Assembly (NCBI GenBank): GCA_964545075.1
Contig: CAZJFS010000005.1
Span: forward strand, 2,319-66,318
Origin: an uncultured bacterium
Lineage (GTDB): Bacteria; Muiribacteriota; UBA9980
Direction: 5' to 3'
DNA: 64,000 nucleotides
Part shown: positions 8,672-19,034 of the stretch, piece by piece
Position numbering within the stretch: the stretch's first letter is position 1
Layout of the letters: every line of letters begins with the position of its first letter
Translations under genes and position numbers: made by a program
The notes under the pieces: generated by a model
The model's database searches: none
What the model was told of the DNA's origin: nothing
The model's input: only the letters and a program-made list of their open reading frames with translations

Positions 8672-10186
8672 ATGAGTGATAGTTTAAAGATCTTTTTCGC
8701 TTCATCGGAAGTTCATCCCTTCGCCAAAACCGGAGGACTTGCCGACGTTTCGATGGCGCTGCCCAAAGCACTCTCAAAATTAGGCCATGACGTTCGCATC
8801 GCCATGCCATGTTACAAGAGCATCGACCGCCAGAAATATGAGATGCGGTATCTAACTGATTTTCCTCTTAAAATGAACAATTTTACTCATAACTGCATCG
8901 TGCGCGAGGGAAAACTGGAGTTCAAGGCCGAAAAGGATAAGAAACGCTCGCGCGTAAAACAGCATGTTCCGGTTTATTTTATTGATTCATATGAATATTT
9001 CGATCGCGACGGCTTATATTCCACGGAAACCGCCGATTATATCGATAACGCCAGAAGATTCGGATATTTCTGCCGTTCCGCCATGGAACTTTTAAAAAAA
9101 ATCGATTTCAAGCCCGACATAATCCATGTGAATGACTGGCAGGCCGCCTTTATTTCACTGCTTTTGAAACGCCAGTATAATTCCGATCCTTTTTATAAGG
9201 ACATAGCTTCAGTATTCACGATCCATAATATACAATACCAGGGCGTATTCGATATGCAGGCGCTCGTCGATCTCGATCTCACGTGGGATTATTTTTCGCC
9301 CGATCTTCTTGAATTTTTCGGCAAAATCAACCTTATGAAAGCCGGCATAATTTTTTCCGACTCGGTCAACACCGTATCGGAAAGTTATGCGCTGGAGATA
9401 CAGGGAACTTCAGCGGGAATGGGGCTTGAAGGGCTTTTATCTACCAAAAAAAATGATATTTACGCCATTACGAACGGCATTGATTACGACGAATGGAACC
9501 CCGAGACCGATCCTAACCTTGCTTCCAATTATTGCGTCAAAACATATGCAGCTAAAAAGCTTTTATGCAAGCGCGACCTTCAAAAGTCCGCCAAACTTCC
9601 GGAAAGTGACGTGCCGGTTGTCGGAATGGTGACGCGTCTGGCCGATCAGAAAGGCCTGGATATCGTAGCGAAAGCCATGGAAGATCTTATGAAGCTCGAC
9701 ATGCAGTTCGTCCTTCTTGGCACCGGCGATAAACGTTACATCGATATGCTTTATTCTTACCTGAAAAAATATCCTGAAAAATGCGCTTTTTTCCTTAAAT
9801 TTGACGCATTTACCGCCTCGAAGATCTATGCGGGCTCCGATTTCTTCCTGATGCCTTCGCGTTTTGAACCGTGCGGGACGAGCCAGCTTATATCGCTTAA
9901 ATACGGAACGATCCCCATAGTTCGCGCTACAGGCGGGCTTGCCGATACCATAACTGATTTCGATGTGCGCACCAACCGTGGAAACGGTTTTTCCTTCAAG
10001 GAATACAATGAAACGGCGCTCGTCAAGTGCGTCGAACACGCTTTCAGCATATACCAGAACAAGCAAATGTGGAACATTCTTATACAAAATGGCATGGCCT
10101 GCAATTTTTCATGGGAGACGGCCGCCGCTAAATACGTGGATGTTTATAAGAAGTCTATCGAAAAAGTCAAAGGCTATATTTATTAA
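8672..10186 (+). CDS. glgA: Glycogen synthase (ADP-glucose type, GT5).
   Basis: The N-terminal KTGGLADV motif is present. The length and the C-terminal GT-B features fit GlgA. Confidence 0.85.
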   Translation: MSDSLKIFFASSEVHPFAKTGGLADVSMALPKALSKLGHDVRIAMPCYKSIDRQKYEMRYLTDFPLKMNNFTHNCIVREGKLEFKAEKDKKRSRVKQHVPVYFIDSYEYFDRDGLYSTETADYIDNARRFGYFCRSAMELLKKIDFKPDIIHVNDWQAAFISLLLKRQYNSDPFYKDIASVFTIHNIQYQGVFDMQALVDLDLTWDYFSPDLLEFFGKINLMKAGIIFSDSVNTVSESYALEIQGTSAGMGLEGLLSTKKNDIYAITNGIDYDEWNPETDPNLASNYCVKTYAAKKLLCKRDLQKSAKLPESDVPVVGMVTRLADQKGLDIVAKAMEDLMKLDMQFVLLGTGDKRYIDMLYSYLKKYPEKCAFFLKFDAFTASKIYAGSDFFLMPSRFEPCGTSQLISLKYGTIPIVRATGGLADTITDFDVRTNRGNGFSFKEYNETALVKCVEHAFSIYQNKQMWNILIQNGMACNFSWETAAAKYVDVYKKSIEKVKGYIY

Positions 10187-10222
10187 AAAATAACAACCAA
10201 TTTTAAAAAGGAGCGGAGTTTT

Positions 10223-11641
10223 ATGGCAATAAAATTTGGAACCGACGGATGGCGCGCCATTATGGCGGAAGAATTCACTTTTCCGAATGTGCGGATCGTG
10301 GCTTACGCCATCGCTAAATATATAAAAGATCAGAAAAAGGAATCCCGTGGGATCGTAATCGGCTATGACACGCGCTTTTTATCGGATAAATTCGCCGAGA
10401 CGTGCGCGCAGGTGATGATGGCGGCCGACATAAAAGTATATCTCATGGAACGTGATGCGCCCACTCCCGTAACGGCTTTTACCGTCGTTGAAAAAAACGC
10501 CGCCGGAGCGATAATGCTTACCGCTTCTCATAACCCGCCTTATTATAACGGACTGAAATTCATCCCCGAATACGGCGGGCCCGCCAACACGCAGATAACT
10601 GGACAGATAGAAGCTAATATCGCGACCATCATGCCCAACGAAAAGATACTTGAAATGTCCATGGAAAAAGGCTTTGCCGCTAAAAAGATAGAGAAGATCG
10701 ATCCCAGCGAGGCTTACTTTAAAAAAATTCACGAACTCGTCGATTTCGAGACCATAAAAAAATCCAAGATCACGGTCGCTTATGACGCTCTTTACGGTAC
10801 CGGGAGAAATTACGTCGATTCTCTTCTGGCTCAGAATGGCATTAAAACCCGCGTTATTCACAATATGCGCGACCCGCTTTTCGGCGGCGGAATGCCCGAG
10901 CCGTCGGTTGAAAATCTTACGCAGCTTATCTCTATCGTAAAAGACAATAAGCTCACGCTCGGGTTGTCGACCGATGGAGACGCCGACAGATTCGGCATAA
11001 TCGATAGCCTCGGCGTTTATCTTACGCCCAACCAAGTAATATCTATATTGTTCCTGCACCTCATCAAGCGTCGTAAATTTCAGGGTTCGGTGGTCCGGAC
11101 CGTCGCGACGACCCACCTTATCGATAAAATAGCCGCTAAATTCAATATAACGGTCCATGAAGTTCCGGTTGGATTTAAATATATCTGTGAAAAAATGCTG
11201 GCCGAGAACGTCATAATCGGCGGCGAGGAAAGCGGCGGGCTTTCGATACTCGGGCATATCCCTGAAAAAGACGGCATCCTGGCGGACCTGCTTATGTGCG
11301 AGGTTGCGGCCATAGAGAACAAGCCGCTTTCGATCGTATTTAAAAATATCATGGATGAATACGGAGAAGTTTATACCGAACGCATCAACATACATCTTAA
11401 AAACGACGAGCAGAAAAACAACATCATGCTCAAACTCAAAGTCGATCCGCCTTCATTCATACAGAACGTGAAGGTCAATTCGGTCAACGATATCGACGGT
11501 TATAAATACATATTAAAGGATGGCTCATGGATACTCGTGCGCGCTTCCGGAACGGAACCCGTGCTCAGGATGTATATCGAAGGCGCTACCCGCGACATGC
11601 AAAGAAAACTTCAGAAATTCGCTGAAGATCTCCAGAAGTAA
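10223..11641 (+). CDS. Alpha-D-phosphohexomutase (phosphoglucomutase/phosphomannomutase family).
   Basis: The active-site loop TASHNPPYYNGLK and the metal-binding DGDADR motif are present. The gene is adjacent to glgA. Confidence 0.8.
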   Translation: MAIKFGTDGWRAIMAEEFTFPNVRIVAYAIAKYIKDQKKESRGIVIGYDTRFLSDKFAETCAQVMMAADIKVYLMERDAPTPVTAFTVVEKNAAGAIMLTASHNPPYYNGLKFIPEYGGPANTQITGQIEANIATIMPNEKILEMSMEKGFAAKKIEKIDPSEAYFKKIHELVDFETIKKSKITVAYDALYGTGRNYVDSLLAQNGIKTRVIHNMRDPLFGGGMPEPSVENLTQLISIVKDNKLTLGLSTDGDADRFGIIDSLGVYLTPNQVISILFLHLIKRRKFQGSVVRTVATTHLIDKIAAKFNITVHEVPVGFKYICEKMLAENVIIGGEESGGLSILGHIPEKDGILADLLMCEVAAIENKPLSIVFKNIMDEYGEVYTERINIHLKNDEQKNNIMLKLKVDPPSFIQNVKVNSVNDIDGYKYILKDGSWILVRASGTEPVLRMYIEGATRDMQRKLQKFAEDLQK

Positions 11642-11660
11642 AATAAAAATAAAATAAGAG

Positions 11661-12317
11661 GTGTTTGTTTTGGTAAGAAAAAATTATTTTATTAAAAAAG
11701 GTCTCCAGACAAGGTTTATCGGAACGGTTTTTTTAATAATAGCTCTCGTCGTGGTTGTTTTATTCTGCAATCTCTACTTTTTCGGGCTTTTTCTCGCGCA
11801 GGACGATACGGAACAAAAATATGAGAGCGCTATGACGAAACTTCAGGAAGACGTCAGGGATAAGCTTGCTGGAAGGCTTGCTCTGCTCATATTAGTCAAC
11901 ATAACCATAATCGCTCTGATCTCGCTATTCTTCTCGCACCAGATAGCGGGGCCCGTGTATAAACTTGAAATGACGCTTCAAAAAATAATCGACGGCGATG
12001 CCAGCGTCCGGTTCTCCTTCCGGCAGAGCGACAAGTTCGATGAAGTGGCGGACCTTTTGAATGATATGAAGGATGGTTTCGTAGAGCCGTTGAAGCTCGT
12101 GCGCGACGTCAATTTGAAAGCGCTTCCGCTCATAGAAGAGGCCATCGCGAAAAAAGACGCCAGGGTATCCGAAGCGGCTCTTTCGCAGCTTAAAGAAATG
12201 CACTCGCAAATAGCTAATTCCATACTCGAAATGAAATTCGAGGCGCCTCAGAAGGTTGAGGTTGCGTCTAACGATCAGACAGCTTCGCCCGCGCCCGATG
12301 AAAAGAAAGAAAGTTAA
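11661..12317 (+). CDS. HAMP-domain membrane protein.
   Basis: Two TM helices flank a short loop and are followed by a HAMP-like amphipathic segment. The true start is probably TTG at 11670, 8 nt after AAGAGG. Confidence 0.45.
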   Translation: MFVLVRKNYFIKKGLQTRFIGTVFLIIALVVVVLFCNLYFFGLFLAQDDTEQKYESAMTKLQEDVRDKLAGRLALLILVNITIIALISLFFSHQIAGPVYKLEMTLQKIIDGDASVRFSFRQSDKFDEVADLLNDMKDGFVEPLKLVRDVNLKALPLIEEAIAKKDARVSEAALSQLKEMHSQIANSILEMKFEAPQKVEVASNDQTASPAPDEKKES

Positions 12318-12322
12318 GGTTA

Positions 12323-12949
12323 ATGATAAAAATAGGTGTTTCCGGTATCGCCGGATCAGGTAAATCTTTGTTTTGCGGCTTTTTTAAAAATGATAACGGG
12401 TTCGTGCTGGATTTGGACGGCGTGGCTCATGACATGTATTCGGATCGTGAAAGTTCCGTTTATCGCGAGGTGATCGCGACGTTTCAAGCCGGCGTGCCGG
12501 ACCTTGTGGCCGCGGACGGTTCCATTAACCGTAAAGCTCTTGGCAAATATGTGTTTTCGGATGGGCAAGCGTTGAAAAAACTCAACGATATATTTTATAT
12601 TAAATTTATTGAATATGTCGGCGCGCTTGCCGCGCGGTGCTGTGAAAAGGGATACCGCTACTTTGTTCTTGACGCGGCGGTGCTTTTCGATAGCGGTCTT
12701 GACCGGCTTATGGACAAAACGGCGTGGGTATCCTCGCCGCCCGGTTTAACCATCGCAAGGCTTGTTGAAAAACGCGGATGGACGAGCGAATATGCCGACG
12801 GAGTCGTATCGCGGCAGATCGCCCGGTTCGCTGGCAGCGCCGAAAAAGCCGGGTTTATTATAAAAAACGACGGGGATGCTGAAAAGTTATATTTGAAATA
12901 CCAGAATTTCTTGAAGGAGATCAATCTCGATGAAAAAAAATCTCGCTAA
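12323..12949 (+). CDS. coaE: Dephospho-CoA kinase.
   Basis: The P-loop GIAGSGKS lies at the N-terminus. The size is about 200 aa. Confidence 0.75.
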   Translation: MIKIGVSGIAGSGKSLFCGFFKNDNGFVLDLDGVAHDMYSDRESSVYREVIATFQAGVPDLVAADGSINRKALGKYVFSDGQALKKLNDIFYIKFIEYVGALAARCCEKGYRYFVLDAAVLFDSGLDRLMDKTAWVSSPPGLTIARLVEKRGWTSEYADGVVSRQIARFAGSAEKAGFIIKNDGDAEKLYLKYQNFLKEINLDEKKSR

Positions 12950-13598
12950 GTTTATGCTTGTAATAGCGATTACGGCCGCATTTCTAACGTTATTCGAAAA
13001 TGCTTTTGCCGCCGATGCTATGAGCGTGGTCCGCTCCGTCAAATCTTTTTATTTTAAGGCGAATTCAGATTTTATAGTGAGCTTTAAGGTTAATTCAAAG
13101 ATGCGCGACATTGCCTTCGACGGGAATTTCATGTTCCGTCCGCCGATGAATTTCATCATTGACGCCGTAAGCTCCGCTCTTCAGGTTAAGATCGTTTTCA
13201 AGGAAGCCGATGGCTTCATATATCTGCCGGCCGCGAATATGATCACCAATCTTGATAAGATGACGCAACTGAAAACGAAATCGATACAGATACCTAAAAA
13301 TATGGCGCAGCTCGATTCAAAACTCGATCAGCTGGCCGCTGATTTCGAGCTCGATGCTTCCGACGAGCCCGGCGACGTTATAAAGATCAGCGGAAAATCA
13401 AAAAAAGCGAAAGGCGCGTTCAGCGCCCTCGTCGATAAAAAAAGCTTTGAACTTAAATCCATAGCCACGTTTACGGCGAAAGGCGCCGAAGAAATGTTCA
13501 TAGAATTTAAAAATTACAGGAAAGAAAAAGTTTCCGAAGCGCTTTTTGAAAGGCCAACGGGCGCCATCGAGGCAAATCTTCCCGTTCCGGTTTTCTGA
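12930..13598 (+). CDS. Secreted hypothetical protein.
   Basis: A signal peptide MKKNLAKFMLVIAITAAFLTLFENAFA is present. It ends with a TGA stop followed by a terminator. Confidence 0.5.
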   Translation: MKKNLAKFMLVIAITAAFLTLFENAFAADAMSVVRSVKSFYFKANSDFIVSFKVNSKMRDIAFDGNFMFRPPMNFIIDAVSSALQVKIVFKEADGFIYLPAANMITNLDKMTQLKTKSIQIPKNMAQLDSKLDQLAADFELDASDEPGDVIKISGKSKKAKGAFSALVDKKSFELKSIATFTAKGAEEMFIEFKNYRKEKVSEALFERPTGAIEANLPVPVF

Positions 13599-13644
13599 TC
13601 CGATATTTTAAATCCGTGAAAAAGCATCTCAAATAAGATGAATT

Positions 13645-13681
13645 AAAAAAGCTCCGCCTGATTGACAGGCGGAGCTTTTTT
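13645..13681. terminator. Bidirectional Rho-independent terminator.
   Basis: An A-run, then AAGCTCCGCCTG-attgac-CAGGCGGAGCTT, then a T-run, between convergent genes. Confidence 0.7.
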
Positions 13682-13728
13682 AACGGCGATTATTTTATCG
13701 ATATCGTTTCTTTTCGCTGGCGGCGAGC

Positions 13729-14700
13729 TTATTTTATTCTGACTTCGGCCGTTTTATCGTTGCCTTCGCTGATCCTTCCGGTTGGTTTATCCTCGGCTTT
13801 TTTTGCCGTTACTTCAGCCGTTCCGGCTTTAAGCTCTTCGAATTTAACGAGAGGGACTTTAGGCGCCTTCGAAATATTTTCACGGCTTTTCTTTGCGAGC
13901 TCGATGACCGTTGCGTCCACCTGCATTTTAGCTATTTCGTCGTATATTTTAACCGCTTCGGGACCTTGCGCGTCATATTCGTACGCCGCCGCTTTGCCGA
14001 GAAGCGCCTGAGCTTTCTGAGAGGTCGTGATATCCTTGACGTTTAAAAGTTTGTCGAATTTTTCGATGGCCTTTTTCGAGTTGTAGTTTCTGAGGTATTC
14101 GTTGGCTGAAAAGAAGAGCCCGGGAATTATTTCACGGTTGTCGGCGAATCTCGCCTCGAGCGTGTCGAGGGTCTTGCGCATATCGTCGAGTTTTTTCTGA
14201 TCTCTGTATATTTCCGCGAGCCTGTATAATCCGGTTATATTTTCGGTATAAAGTGGATAATCCTCGGATAAACGGTTGAGAATATCCGCTTCCGATTTCG
14301 CATCCTTATTTTCCTTGTGGATGAAGGCGATTTCGACGCAGGCCTTAGGCGCCAGGTAATGTTTCGGAAATTTTTCGATTATTTCCCTGAACGACTTTAT
14401 TGAATTGGCCGCGTCCTTGTCTTTTCGGTATTTTTGGCCGAGACAATAAGAAGCCAGAGGCGATTTCTGGTCGGCTGATCCGATTTCCGCCAGCTGTTTT
14501 AATTTTTCGGCGTCCATGGCCGTTATTTCCTGGTCCGTAAAGGTTTTGGGAACTGAAATTTCAGGCGTGACATCGCTTTTTTCATCCGCCCCGGCGGCCA
14601 TGCATGAACTTTCACGGTCCGAGGGCGAAAGGGTGGTAATTACCAGAAACAGGCTTAAAGCAGACATTTTAATGAAATTTTTCATTTTCAAACACCCCAT
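13729..14700 (-). CDS. Secreted tetratricopeptide-repeat protein.
   Basis: A signal peptide and TPR-like helical repeats are present. The start may instead be the internal ATG at 14685. Confidence 0.5.
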   Translation of the reverse strand: MGCLKMKNFIKMSALSLFLVITTLSPSDRESSCMAAGADEKSDVTPEISVPKTFTDQEITAMDAEKLKQLAEIGSADQKSPLASYCLGQKYRKDKDAANSIKSFREIIEKFPKHYLAPKACVEIAFIHKENKDAKSEADILNRLSEDYPLYTENITGLYRLAEIYRDQKKLDDMRKTLDTLEARFADNREIIPGLFFSANEYLRNYNSKKAIEKFDKLLNVKDITTSQKAQALLGKAAAYEYDAQGPEAVKIYDEIAKMQVDATVIELAKKSRENISKAPKVPLVKFEELKAGTAEVTAKKAEDKPTGRISEGNDKTAEVRIK

Positions 14701-14733
14701 ATTTTTATCTTATGCTTAATATATCATTATTTT

Positions 14734-15366
14734 TCATATAAGGCAATAGCCATGTTCGGCAAATAATTTGGAAAGTCTCATTATCGGAAGCCCCACGACG
14801 TTGAAATAACATCCGTCTATTTTTTCAACGAACAGTGATGCGAACCCCTGTATTCCGTAGGCGCCCGCCTTATCCATAGGCTCTTTCGTCATTATGTAGC
14901 GATCTATTTCGTAAGCGGAAAGTTTTTTGAAGAAGACCCGCGTACATTCGTGACCGCTATGCATGCTTTTTTTACCGCCGGATATTTTCAAAACCGAAAC
15001 GCCCGTTACAACTTCATTGTCGGCTCCGGAGAGCTTCGAGAGCATTTTTTTTGCGTCGGCTTCGTCTTCAGGTTGGCCCATTACGTGACCGTCCATTACC
15101 ACGATCGTATCGGCGCCGATTATCAATGCGTCATTTCCGTCCGCGTCCTCCACTTTTGACGCTACGGCGGCGACCTTGGCGGCGGCAAGTTTTGAAGCGA
15201 ATTCGCTTGGCTTTATTCCGGCGCCGGATATAAGTTTTTCATCGAAATCCGAAGTTATTACTTCGAATTTAACGTTTAAATTTTTTAATAATTCTTGTCT
15301 CCGCGGCGATTTTGAAGCTAGTATAACGCGCGCGCCGCTTTCATTGACGTATTTTAATTCTTTCAT
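14734..15366 (-). CDS. maf: Maf-like nucleoside triphosphate pyrophosphatase.
   Basis: The ILASKSPRRQELL N-terminal motif is present. The length is about 200 aa. Confidence 0.8.
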   Translation of the reverse strand: MKELKYVNESGARVILASKSPRRQELLKNLNVKFEVITSDFDEKLISGAGIKPSEFASKLAAAKVAAVASKVEDADGNDALIIGADTIVVMDGHVMGQPEDEADAKKMLSKLSGADNEVVTGVSVLKISGGKKSMHSGHECTRVFFKKLSAYEIDRYIMTKEPMDKAGAYGIQGFASLFVEKIDGCYFNVVGLPIMRLSKLFAEHGYCLI

Positions 15367-16820
15367 TTTGTCGATCCTATCTGTTTTTGTTTGTCGCTAT
15401 CGTGTCCGGAACTTTTCCCATCGGACTTTAAAGCCATATTTGTTTCCGAAGTGGTTTGAACTTTCAAAATATTAATTTCAGCTGAATTTTTGGACGCGAG
15501 GTTTACTTCCGCCGTAGATTTTTGTTCCTGCTCATCGATGCCGTATATTTCATCCAGCAGGACGAACTTATAGCCGGCTTTTTTAAGTATAGGTATGAGT
15601 TCTTCAATGACCTGGAGGGTCGTGGCGTGTATGTCATGAAAAAGCATCACGTCGCCGCCTCTGACATGCTTTAAAACCTTGTCGAGAGTATAATCGGCCG
15701 AATGTCCCTGATAATCCTTGGAGTCTAATGACCACATTACGATATAAAAGCCTTCCTCTTCGGCTTTTGAGATGAAATATTTGGGAAGGGAACCGTAAGG
15801 CGGCCTGTAATATCTGATTTTTTTAACGCCCGTAGTCTTCTTTATGATATCGTTAGTTTTTGAAACTTCCTTGTCGATCTTTTCGTGGCTGATCTTTTTA
15901 TAGAAAGGATGGGAGTAGCTGTGATTTCCTATCAAATGCCCTTCCTTATGGATCTGGGCGGCGATTTTCTGATATTCCGCGATCCTTGAGCCGAGTACGA
16001 AAAATGTAGCTTTTACATCGTTGTCTTTAAGTATTTTCAATAGTTTAGGCGTGTATGAAGGATGCGGGCCGTCGTCAAATGTCAGCGCGACCATCTTGCC
16101 GTGGCGTTTGCCTTTTCTGAGTATTACCTGGCCTTTATCAAAGGCATAGGTTTCGGGAAGGTCGTCTACGAAAAATTCCTTTATTGTATCGGCCGCTTCT
16201 CCCACATTTGCCGTTTCAGAGGAAGCCGTTTCCTTTTCCATGGCTTTTTCCTCGATAGCGTCCTCGGCTTTGACCTTGTTTTTTAAGGTTTCGAGCAGTT
16301 CGTTTTTTTGCGAGTCTTCGACTTTCGCGGCCTGCTGGGAATTATGCTTTTCGGTTATATCAAAATATTGCCCTTCAGATAAATTCATCGTGTATTCGGG
16401 AAAAAGGAAAAAGCCGTAATTTCTTCTGAAAAACTGTATTCGTTTAACTCCGGTTTTAGCGTTGTCTTCGGGAGCCTTGAATTCGTTGTTTTTATGAGGG
16501 GAAGCGCTTCGTTCATCCGAGACGGGAATGGGTTTTAGCGGAAACTTTCCGCTTTTTCCAGCGGTTTCCAGATGTGATTTCACTTTGGTTATCATGGCGC
16601 GCACTTCTTCGTTTGAATTAAGTCTGTTCGCCTTGAAGAAGCATAAGAGCGCGTTTCCGTATTCGCCGCTGTCGTAATGCATCTGGCCGTTCTGCATCCA
16701 GCTTTCATATTCTTTCTCAAAACGGGCCTTTAGCGGACCCGCGGTTAAAGCGCTTGAAAAAAAAGGAATTAAAAGGACGACAAAAAATAAGGAAAGCCAG
16801 ATAGGTCTAAAAGATTTCAT
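15363..16820 (-). CDS. Secreted polysaccharide deacetylase (NodB homology domain) with an N-terminal TPR-like region.
   Basis: The LTFDDGPHP motif and NodB histidines are present. A signal peptide is present. Confidence 0.7.
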   Translation of the reverse strand: MKSFRPIWLSLFFVVLLIPFFSSALTAGPLKARFEKEYESWMQNGQMHYDSGEYGNALLCFFKANRLNSNEEVRAMITKVKSHLETAGKSGKFPLKPIPVSDERSASPHKNNEFKAPEDNAKTGVKRIQFFRRNYGFFLFPEYTMNLSEGQYFDITEKHNSQQAAKVEDSQKNELLETLKNKVKAEDAIEEKAMEKETASSETANVGEAADTIKEFFVDDLPETYAFDKGQVILRKGKRHGKMVALTFDDGPHPSYTPKLLKILKDNDVKATFFVLGSRIAEYQKIAAQIHKEGHLIGNHSYSHPFYKKISHEKIDKEVSKTNDIIKKTTGVKKIRYYRPPYGSLPKYFISKAEEEGFYIVMWSLDSKDYQGHSADYTLDKVLKHVRGGDVMLFHDIHATTLQVIEELIPILKKAGYKFVLLDEIYGIDEQEQKSTAEVNLASKNSAEINILKVQTTSETNMALKSDGKSSGHDSDKQKQIGSTK

Positions 16821-16957
16821 ATGAAAATTCGCTCCAAAGTTTTAAAGCCCGCATGCGCATAAAATGATCAGGGCGCATGCCGGGGGTGTCTAAATTAAAA
16901 TGGTTAATATATAATTCGTCAAAATAATCGCTTAATTTAAACTTTTTATGTCCGATT

Positions 16958-17356
16958 TTATCCGGCGATGACTTTTACATAAAATTCGCGTGTTCTCGGG
17001 CCATCGAATTCGCAAAAATATATTCCCTGCCATGTTCCTAAAAGCATTTCTTTCTCGTCGACGATAATCGTCAATGACGGTGAAAAAAGTGACGATTTGA
17101 TGTGCGCGGCTGAATTTCCCTCGCCATGAGAGTAATTTGCGTTAAATGGAATGGCGCTATTAATGAACCCGGTTATGTCGTTCATGACGTCGGGGTCGGC
17201 GTTCTCGTTTATTGTTATTGCGGCCGTCGTATGCGGAACGAAGACTGTCAATATGCCATTTGCGATGCCGCTTTCAGAGAGCGCTCGTTCGATATGGCTT
17301 GTGACGTTTATAAATTCAACGCGCCGTGATGTCCTTATTGAAAACGTTTTAAGCAT
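16958..17356 (-). CDS. yjbQ: YjbQ/UPF0047 family protein (secondary thiamine-phosphate synthase-like).
   Basis: The VTSHI..., GILTVFVPHTTAAITINE and GHSAAHIKSSL motifs are present. Confidence 0.7.
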   Translation of the reverse strand: MLKTFSIRTSRRVEFINVTSHIERALSESGIANGILTVFVPHTTAAITINENADPDVMNDITGFINSAIPFNANYSHGEGNSAAHIKSSLFSPSLTIIVDEKEMLLGTWQGIYFCEFDGPRTREFYVKVIAG

Positions 17357-17563
17357 TTTAACCTCGGTGATCTGTAGTTGATGGAGTTTAGAGTGGAAAA
17401 AAGCCGGTATAAATCAATAAGTGGAGAGTCGAGAACGGAGAACTTCGGTAGCGCCGCGTTGCGCCTTTTTAGAGCCGGCAAAGCCGGCTTTAATTAACTC
17501 TCAACTCTCCGTTTTATACTCTCCACTGTTTTTAGCGTTATATTATCAACTCTTAACTAATTA

Positions 17564-18904
17564 TTAGAATCTTTCCCACAATTTTTTTGAAAGCTTCAAA
17601 GTTTCGGCGGCGACCTTTTCTTCGTCGATGTCGAGTTTGAGCTTTTTATTTTGCATGAGGACTTTTCCCGACGCTATTGTCGTATCTACGGTCGAATTAC
17701 CTATGCCGAAGCAGAGATGGCCGAAGAAATTCGTTTCATCGAAAGGCGTCCATGGGAAATAGTCGACGAGTATTACGTCGGCGGCGAATCCTTCTTTTAA
17801 GATGCCCACGCCCGAATCGCCGAAATGGCGGTTGGCTATTTTCGCGTTGTTTATCGCGAGCGTGGATAATACTTCCATGAAGCCCGAGCCGGGGTTTTTA
17901 TCGGCCAGGTGGCGTATCCACATTGCGGCGCGAAGCTCCTCGAGCATATTTACCGTCATAGCGTCGGTACCAAGTCCGACCGTAATGCCTTTTTTAGCCA
18001 TAGCGGGAAGATTGGCCACGCCGACGGCGTTATTCATATTTGATTGAGGATTATGAACGACCGCGGTGTTGGTCTCGGCCAGAAGGTCCATTTCTTTGGG
18101 GTTGATATGGACGCAGTGAGCGCATATCGTTTTGGGGCCGAGTATGCCGAACGAGTTCAGTCTGTTCACGACTCTTTTTTTGAAGTTTTTAACGTTATAA
18201 GCCTGGTCCGATTCGGCTTCCGCCGTGTGGACGTGGAATCCGGTCTTTAAGCCTGATGCTGCCTCTACGGCTTTTTCCATCGTTTTATCTTTTATCGTAA
18301 ACGATGCGTGAAGGCCAAAAAGCGCCTTTATCTGTGGATCTTTTTCCTTGTTGCATTTTTTTATGAAGTTCGCGTTCTCGGCGATGCCTTCATCGGATAT
18401 CTTCTGGCCGTCGCGGTCTGAAAGTTCGTAGCAAAGCGACGCGCGGAGTCCGACTTTTTTAACGGCTTTGGCTATCGTTTCAAGCGAGCCTGTTATCGCG
18501 AAAGGGCTTGCGTGGTGGTCGATGAACGTCGTCGTGCCTTTTTTTACGGCCGTGATCAGCGGCATAAGCGTGCTATAATATGTGTCTTCGAGGGTGAGCT
18601 TCTTATCGAGCCTCCACCATAAATTTTTCAATACCTGATTGAAATCTTTTGAGGGAGCGGCTTTTCCAAGTCCGCAAACCTGCGTCGAATAGAAATGCAT
18701 ATGGGCGTTTATGAATCCGGGCATTACGACCTTGCCGTGAGCGTCGATGACCTGATCGTATTTTCCCTTAAAGGTTTTATCCGGGGCGATCTTTTTTATT
18801 TTATCGCCTTCGATTAAAAGCGAGTGGCCGGTGAGGACCTTGTTTTTTTCGCCCATCGTTACTATGGTTCCATTTTTTATCAATATTGTAGATACTTTTG
18901 ACAT
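17564..18904 (-). CDS. Amidohydrolase of the chlorohydrolase/SsnA-like subfamily.
   Basis: The metal-binding PGFINAHMHF motif and HxH/HxD residues are present. The size is 446 aa. It is next to a DPD/YgfK-like flavoprotein, as in the E. coli ygfK-ssnA pair. Confidence 0.65.
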   Translation of the reverse strand: MSKVSTILIKNGTIVTMGEKNKVLTGHSLLIEGDKIKKIAPDKTFKGKYDQVIDAHGKVVMPGFINAHMHFYSTQVCGLGKAAPSKDFNQVLKNLWWRLDKKLTLEDTYYSTLMPLITAVKKGTTTFIDHHASPFAITGSLETIAKAVKKVGLRASLCYELSDRDGQKISDEGIAENANFIKKCNKEKDPQIKALFGLHASFTIKDKTMEKAVEAASGLKTGFHVHTAEAESDQAYNVKNFKKRVVNRLNSFGILGPKTICAHCVHINPKEMDLLAETNTAVVHNPQSNMNNAVGVANLPAMAKKGITVGLGTDAMTVNMLEELRAAMWIRHLADKNPGSGFMEVLSTLAINNAKIANRHFGDSGVGILKEGFAADVILVDYFPWTPFDETNFFGHLCFGIGNSTVDTTIASGKVLMQNKKLKLDIDEEKVAAETLKLSKKLWERF

Positions 18905-19034
18905 TTGATTATATTCCTCCAGTTTGATATTTTTGCCGAGTAAAAAAATTGTCTTGCTGATATATTTTACCGGAAGAATAACGGATGTCGAACATTCGAT
19001 TTTACTATTATTCTTCCGGATGGTTCATGAATTA

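Noticed and set aside
10379-11395. 338-aa ORF antisense to the phosphohexomutase gene.
   Set aside because: It lies entirely inside a strongly conserved sense gene (TASHNP motif). It has no RBS and its composition is typical of antisense shadow ORFs. The same applies to most other minus/plus ORFs nested in annotated genes, for example 655..1176, 3299..3967, 9563..10087, 23806..24462 and 28734..29264.
16848-16883. GCATGCGC...GCGCATGC hairpin between the deacetylase gene and yjbQ.
   Set aside because: It is most simply a minus-strand transcription terminator for yjbQ. Nothing beyond that is evident.
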